Source of the DNA: Gemmatimonadota bacterium
Lineage (GTDB): Bacteria; Gemmatimonadota; Gemmatimonadetes; Longimicrobiales; Gaopeijiaceae
Assembly (NCBI GenBank): GCA_034521595.1
Contig: JAXHMG010000003.1
Location: forward strand, 1,952,001-2,016,000
DNA: 64,000 bases
Direction of reading: 5' to 3'
The translations under genes and the position numbers were made by a program. Within the stretch, counting starts at the first letter, position 1, and each line of letters begins with the position of its first letter. Below the pieces are notes generated by a model. It worked only from the letters and a program-made list of their open reading frames with translations. It had not been told where the DNA came from and did no database searches. Below, piece after piece: positions 59,283 through 64,000 of this stretch.

Positions 59283-59867
59283 TCAGGACGCGGCGGCGGT
59301 GACTTGCACCGGAATCTCGCCACGGAAGGGGAAGCCGAGCTGCTTGAGCAGCGCGAACCCTTCATCGTCTCTGTCCGTCGACGTGACGAACGTGATGTCC
59401 ATGCCGTGCACGGTACGGACGTCGTCGAACGTGATCTCGGGGAAGATGATCTGCTCCTGGACCCCGAGCGTGTAGTTCCCGCGCCCGTCGAACGACCGGG
59501 TCTTCAATCCGCGAAAGTCGCGGATCCGCGGGATCGCCGTGCTGATGAGGCGATCCAGGAAATACCACATCCGCTGGCGCCGCAGTGTCACGGCGACGCC
59601 CACCGGCATCCCTTCGCGGAGCCCGAAGTTCGAGATCGACTGGCGAGCCCGCTTGACCACGGGCCGCTGACCCGTGATGACGCCGACCTCCTCGACGACC
59701 GCCTCGAGCAGCTTCTGGTCTTTGGCGGCATCCCCGACGCCGACGTTCATGACGATCTTGCGGAGGCGTGGAATCTCGTGCGGGTTCTCGAACCCGAACT
59801 CCTCGCGGAGCTTCGGGCGCACGTGATCCAGGTAATGTACGTGCATTCTGGGCTTCATGATATCCAC
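59283..59867 (-). CDS. rplE: 50S ribosomal protein L5
   Basis: [24 protein letters not shown]. Confidence 0.98.
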   Translation of the reverse strand: MDIMKPRMHVHYLDHVRPKLREEFGFENPHEIPRLRKIVMNVGVGDAAKDQKLLEAVVEEVGVITGQRPVVKRARQSISNFGLREGMPVGVAVTLRRQRMWYFLDRLISTAIPRIRDFRGLKTRSFDGRGNYTLGVQEQIIFPEITFDDVRTVHGMDITFVTSTDRDDEGFALLKQLGFPFRGEIPVQVTAAAS

Positions 59868-60206
59868 TTACAAGGGCCGGGGAATCGGATTGCCGGTCTT
59901 CACGGCGATCCGTTCCTTGGTTCCGTCTTCCTCGACCTGCGTGCGCACCCGGCTGGCTTGATCGCCGGCCGGATCGATGAGCATCACATTCGAGATGTGG
60001 ATCGGCGCATCGAACGTGATGATGCCACCGTCCGGGTCTTGCTGGCTCGGGCGGGTGTGGCGCTTCCGCTGATTCACGCCCTCCACCCGCACGCGTCCTT
60101 CGTCACGCAGGATCTCGAGGACCGTGCCTTCGAGATCGCGGTAGTTGCCGCGAATCACTCTGACCCGGTCCCCCTTCATGATCCGATATTTCTTGGCACC
60201 CATCAC
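59868..60206 (-). CDS. rplX: 50S ribosomal protein L24
   Basis: [21 protein letters not shown]. Confidence 0.96.
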   Translation of the reverse strand: MMGAKKYRIMKGDRVRVIRGNYRDLEGTVLEILRDEGRVRVEGVNQRKRHTRPSQQDPDGGIITFDAPIHISNVMLIDPAGDQASRVRTQVEEDGTKERIAVKTGNPIPRPL

Positions 60207-60571
60207 AGCACCTCGGGCGCGAGGGAAACGATCTTCATGTATCTCTTCTCCCGGAGCTCACGCGCGACCGGCCCGAAGATCCGGGTGCCGCGCGGCTCGC
60301 CCTGCGGGTTGAGGATGACCGCGGCGTTCTCGTCGAAACGGATGTAGGTTCCGTCCTTGCGCCGGGTTTCCTTGGACGTTCGGACGATGACCGCCTTCAC
60401 GACCTCGCCCTTTTTGATCCCGGCATTCGGGATCGCGTGCTTCACGCTCGCCACGACGACGTCGCCCACACCCGCGTATCGACGTCGCGTTCCACCCAAC
60501 ACTCTGACACAGAGTGCGGACTTCGCGCCCGTGTTGTCGGCGATCCTGAGGATCGACTCCTGCTGGATCAT
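60203..60571 (-). CDS. rplN: 50S ribosomal protein L14
   Basis: [26 protein letters not shown]. Confidence 0.98.
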   Translation of the reverse strand: MIQQESILRIADNTGAKSALCVRVLGGTRRRYAGVGDVVVASVKHAIPNAGIKKGEVVKAVIVRTSKETRRKDGTYIRFDENAAVILNPQGEPRGTRIFGPVARELREKRYMKIVSLAPEVL

Positions 60572-60614
60572 CTCGGTATCTCTCTATTGTCACGTCGTTA
60601 GCTGATCTGCTTGA

Positions 60615-60914
60615 TCACGCCGGCCGCTCTATCAGCTCGGCCACCCGCCAGTGCTTGGTCTTCGACAGCGGACGGGTCTCCACGATCCGCACGGTGTCGC
60701 CGACCAGGTATTCGTTGTTCTCGTCATGGGCGTGGTACTTCTTGTTCATCTTCACGCCCTTGCCATACAGGGGGTGCGCGAAACGACGCTCGACGAGGAC
60801 CGTTACGGTCTTGTCGGCCTTGTTGCTCACCACCGTCCCGGTCCGAGCCTTCCGGGCATTGCGCTCCCCGGTCGATTCCTCCGCCTGGACCTGCTCGCTC
60901 TGGTTCTCGCTCAT
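60615..60914 (-). CDS. rpsQ: 30S ribosomal protein S17
   Basis: [23 protein letters not shown]. Confidence 0.97.
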   Translation of the reverse strand: MSENQSEQVQAEESTGERNARKARTGTVVSNKADKTVTVLVERRFAHPLYGKGVKMNKKYHAHDENNEYLVGDTVRIVETRPLSKTKHWRVAELIERPA

Positions 60915-60922
60915 GTCTTCCT

Positions 60923-61126
60923 TCAGTCAACCTTCTGGGCGAGCTCACGCTCGCGAATCACTGTCTTCAGGCGCGCGATGTCGCGCCGGACTTGTCGGAC
61001 GAGCCCCGAATTCTCGAGCTCCAGCATCGAGCCCTGGAACCGCAGCTTGAACTGCTCCTCCTGAAGCTCCTTCAACCGTGCTGCGATCTCGGTGTCTTCC
61101 CAGTCCCGGATGTCTTCAGCCTTCAT
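60923..61126 (-). CDS. rpmC: 50S ribosomal protein L29
   Basis: FKLRFQ...[10 protein letters not shown]. Confidence 0.96.
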   Translation of the reverse strand: MKAEDIRDWEDTEIAARLKELQEEQFKLRFQGSMLELENSGLVRQVRRDIARLKTVIRERELAQKVD

Positions 61127-61155
61127 GATCTCCGACTCCGACGCGCCTGACGCGT

Positions 61156-61572
61156 CTAAAGCTGTTGGTCGCGAATGACGAACTTGCACTTGATCGGGAG
61201 CTTCGCCGCCGCGAGTTGGAGCGCGCGCTGCGCGATCTCCTCGCTGACCCCCTCGAGCTCGAACAGGATGCGGCCGGGCTTGACCACGGCCACCCAGTTC
61301 TCCGGATTGCCCTTCCCCTTGCCCATGCGGGTCTCCGCGGGCTTCTGGGTGACGGGCTTATCGGGGAAGATGCGAACCCAGACCTTTCCGCCCCGCTTGA
61401 TGTGGCGCGTCATGGCCACACGGGCGGCTTCGATCTGCCGGTTCGTGATCCACGAAGGCTCGAGAGCCTGCAAGCCGTACTCGCCGAACGAAACCTTCGT
61501 GCCTCGTTTGGCGACACCGCTCATGCGGCCCCTGTGGGTCTTTCTGTGCTTAACCCTTTTCGGCGCTAACAT
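61156..61572 (-). CDS. rplP: 50S ribosomal protein L16
   Basis: [23 protein letters not shown]. Confidence 0.98.
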   Translation of the reverse strand: MLAPKRVKHRKTHRGRMSGVAKRGTKVSFGEYGLQALEPSWITNRQIEAARVAMTRHIKRGGKVWVRIFPDKPVTQKPAETRMGKGKGNPENWVAVVKPGRILFELEGVSEEIAQRALQLAAAKLPIKCKFVIRDQQL

Positions 61573-61593
61573 CGTCTATTCCCCGTTTTCTGT

Positions 61594-62253
61594 TCAGGAG
61601 CCTGTCGAGTACGTGCGGCCGCGCCGCTCTTCGACCACTTCGCCCTTGAAGATCCAGCACTTCACGCCGACGGTGCCCCACGTCGTGAAGGCGGTGACCT
61701 GGGCGTAGTCGATGTCCGCCCGCAGCGTGTGCAGGGGAACGCGACCTTCGTGATAACCCTCGGTGCGGGCGATCTCCGCCCCACCGAGCCGCCCGGAGCA
61801 CTGCAGCTTGATCCCCTCCGCGCCCGATCGCATCGCTGCCTGCAGGGCGCGCTTCATCGCCCGCCGGAACGAGATCCGCTGCCGAAGCTGGTGCGCCACG
61901 TTCTCGGCGACCAGGTACGCGCTGACCTCGGGACGCTTGATCTCCTCGACGTTCACGGAGATCTCGGAGTTGGTGAGCACGCCCAGCTCGTCCCGCAGCT
62001 TGTCGACCTCGGCGCCGCGCTTGCCGATCACCACCCCCGGGCGGGCCGTGTGCAGCGTGACGACGATCTTGCTCGGCTTGCGCTCGATGTCGATCTGGGC
62101 CAGCGCGGCGTGCGACAACCTGCGGCGGAGGTACTTTCGGATCGTCTCGTCTTCGTGCAGCAGACGCGGGAAGTCCCGCTCCGCGTACCAGCGCGAGGAC
62201 CAATCCTTGACGACGCCGAGCCTGAACCCGGTCGGGTGTGTTTTCTGTCCCAT
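61594..62253 (-). CDS. rpsC: 30S ribosomal protein S3
   Basis: [37 protein letters not shown]. Confidence 0.98.
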   Translation of the reverse strand: MGQKTHPTGFRLGVVKDWSSRWYAERDFPRLLHEDETIRKYLRRRLSHAALAQIDIERKPSKIVVTLHTARPGVVIGKRGAEVDKLRDELGVLTNSEISVNVEEIKRPEVSAYLVAENVAHQLRQRISFRRAMKRALQAAMRSGAEGIKLQCSGRLGGAEIARTEGYHEGRVPLHTLRADIDYAQVTAFTTWGTVGVKCWIFKGEVVEERRGRTYSTGS

Positions 62254-62257
62254 GTAA

Positions 62258-62611
62258 TCAGGCTTCCTTGATGTCGACCACGACCGTGATGTGGCTCGTT
62301 CGCTTTCTGAGTGGCGCGGCACGGCCCTGAGCCGCGGCCCGCCAGCGCTTGAGGGTCGGCCCCTCGTCGACGAACGCTTCGCGTACGAAGAGCTCATCCA
62401 CGTCCAGAACCTCACCTTCGTCCTGTGACTTCACCTGCGCGTTCGCCACCGCCGAGCGGAGCGTCTTCCCGATCGTCTCGGCCGCTCCCTTCTTGGAGAA
62501 CTGCAGGATGGCGTACGCCTCGTTAACGGATTTTCCCCGGATCTGATCGATGACGAGCCGCACCTTGCGGGGGCTCATGCCGACGTACCGGGCTATCGCT
62601 CTGGCTTGCAT
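62258..62611 (-). CDS. rplV: 50S ribosomal protein L22
   Basis: [21 protein letters not shown]. Confidence 0.97.
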   Translation of the reverse strand: MQARAIARYVGMSPRKVRLVIDQIRGKSVNEAYAILQFSKKGAAETIGKTLRSAVANAQVKSQDEGEVLDVDELFVREAFVDEGPTLKRWRAAAQGRAAPLRKRTSHITVVVDIKEA

Positions 62612-62634
62612 TCCCTGAATCACCTTTACCGGAT

Positions 62635-62922
62635 TTACCGGGCCTGAACCCGCTTGTCGGCCAGCCTGCCCCCGTGCCCCCGGAAGAGGCGCGTGGGCGC
62701 GAACTCTCCGAACTTGTGCCCCACCATGTTCTCCGTGACGTACACGGGGATGAACTTGTTCCCGTTGTGCACCGCGACGGTGTGACCCACGAACTCCGGC
62801 GAGATGGTGGACGCCCGGGACCAGGTCTTCACGACCTTCTTCTCGTTGCGCGAGTTCATGGACTCGATCTTGAGGAGAAGGCTGTCACTGATGAACGGAC
62901 CCTTCTTTACGCTACGCGGCAT
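62635..62922 (-). CDS. rpsS: 30S ribosomal protein S19
   Basis: [26 protein letters not shown]. Confidence 0.98.
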   Translation of the reverse strand: MPRSVKKGPFISDSLLLKIESMNSRNEKKVVKTWSRASTISPEFVGHTVAVHNGNKFIPVYVTENMVGHKFGEFAPTRLFRGHGGRLADKRVQAR

Positions 62923-62937
62923 TGATCTTTCTCCGGC

Positions 62938-63783
62938 CTACGACTTCGTGGCTTTGCCGCGCCTGCGGCCCCGCACGATGTATTTGCTCGATGCATGCTT
63001 CTTCTTGCGCGTCTTCTTGCCGTCGGCGGTACCCCAAGGGGAAACCGGTGGGCGGCCACCCGACGTGCGTCCCTCACCACCACCCAGCGGGTGGTCGACC
63101 GGGTTCATCGCGACGCCGCGCACCTTCGGACGCTTCCCGCGCCAGCGGTTCGCGCCGGCCTTCCCGATCACCGTGAGCTCGTGGTCCATGTTGCCGACCT
63201 GCCCGATGGTGGCGAGGCATTCCTTCCGCACCCGGCGGATCTCCGTGGACGGCAGGCGCAGGGACACGTACTCGCCTTCCTTCGCCACCACCTGCACGCT
63301 TGCTCCGGCCGAGCGGGCCATCTGGCCGCCCTTGCCCGGCTTGAGCTCGACATTGTGCACCGTCGTGCCCAGCGGGATCCTCCCGACGGGCAACGTCGAG
63401 CCCAGCTTCTGGTCGGCCGCGTCCCCGGACATCACCTCGTCGCCCACCTGCAGCCCTCGGGGGTGCAGAATATAGCGCTTCTCGCCGTCGGCGTAGTGGA
63501 TCAACGCGATATTGGCCGAACGGTTCGGGTCGTACTCGATGTGCGCGACGATGCCGGGAATCCCGTGCTTGTCGCGCTTGAAGTCGATCCGGCGGTAGCG
63601 GCGCTTGTGCCCCCCACCGCGGCGGCGCGACGTCATGTGGCCGTGGTGGTTCCTACCACCGCCCTTGCCGCTGCCCGATTCGACCAGCGAGCGCTCGGGC
63701 CCTTTCCTCGTGACCTCGTCGTTTCCGAGGGTCGAGCGGGTCCGGGCTCCCGGCGTCACCGGCTTGAATTTCTTGATGGCCAT
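62938..63783 (-). CDS. rplB: 50S ribosomal protein L2
   Basis: [25 protein letters not shown]. Confidence 0.98.
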   Translation of the reverse strand: MAIKKFKPVTPGARTRSTLGNDEVTRKGPERSLVESGSGKGGGRNHHGHMTSRRRGGGHKRRYRRIDFKRDKHGIPGIVAHIEYDPNRSANIALIHYADGEKRYILHPRGLQVGDEVMSGDAADQKLGSTLPVGRIPLGTTVHNVELKPGKGGQMARSAGASVQVVAKEGEYVSLRLPSTEIRRVRKECLATIGQVGNMDHELTVIGKAGANRWRGKRPKVRGVAMNPVDHPLGGGEGRTSGGRPPVSPWGTADGKKTRKKKHASSKYIVRGRRRGKATKS

Positions 63784-63785
63784 GA

Positions 63786-64000
63786 TCAGCCCTGCTCGTA
63801 AAGCTCAATGTGTTCACCTTCGCCGATCTGGACGACGGCCTTCTTGTACGCCGCGCTCCGGCCCTTGGCCGGGTTTCGCGCCATCCGGCCCAGGAACGCC
63901 CGACGGGCCTTCCCCGGGTACCGCATCGTGCGCACGCTCCGCACCGTTACGTCCCACAGACGCTCGACCGCGCTGCTGATCTCGATCTTGTTGGCGTCCT
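63786..64000 (-). CDS. rplW: 50S ribosomal protein L23 (3' part)
   Basis: [12 protein letters not shown]...YKKAVV, directly upstream of rplB. Confidence 0.93.
   Translation of the reverse strand, partial: DANKIEISSAVERLWDVTVRSVRTMRYPGKARRAFLGRMARNPAKGRSAAYKKAVVQIGEGEHIELYEQG

Overview
High-GC bacterial chromosome window, probably Gemmatimonadota (inferred from ribosomal protein and SecA style, unverified). 1-9 kb is a dense toxin-antitoxin (TA)/Fic patch around an NAD-dependent epimerase. 9-49.7 kb is a surface-polysaccharide region: two Wzi-like genes, a sugar transferase, cysD-cysNC-cysQ-SLC13, a lower-GC wzx/sulfotransferase/glycosyltransferase block, an SLBB export gene, a nucleotide-sugar dehydrogenase and rfbDAB. 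It is interleaved with relA/spoT, secA, IS relics and more TA modules. 49.7-64 kb holds the intact S10-spc-alpha ribosomal protein operons plus rpmB. About 10.7-42.9 kb is full of frameshifts, even in secA, most likely sequencing error, so coordinates there are approximate. Main observation: at four sites TA/Fic cargo sits between 35-60 bp imperfect direct repeats of the adjacent resident sequence, with no integrase or transposase in the cargo. In coding repeats the differences are synonymous or conservative. Toxins are repeatedly cut to stubs while antitoxins mostly survive. Two uncharacterised two-gene modules (small basic protein plus a TIR/NDT-like enzyme; small basic protein plus a membrane protein) are candidate new TA/defence systems.
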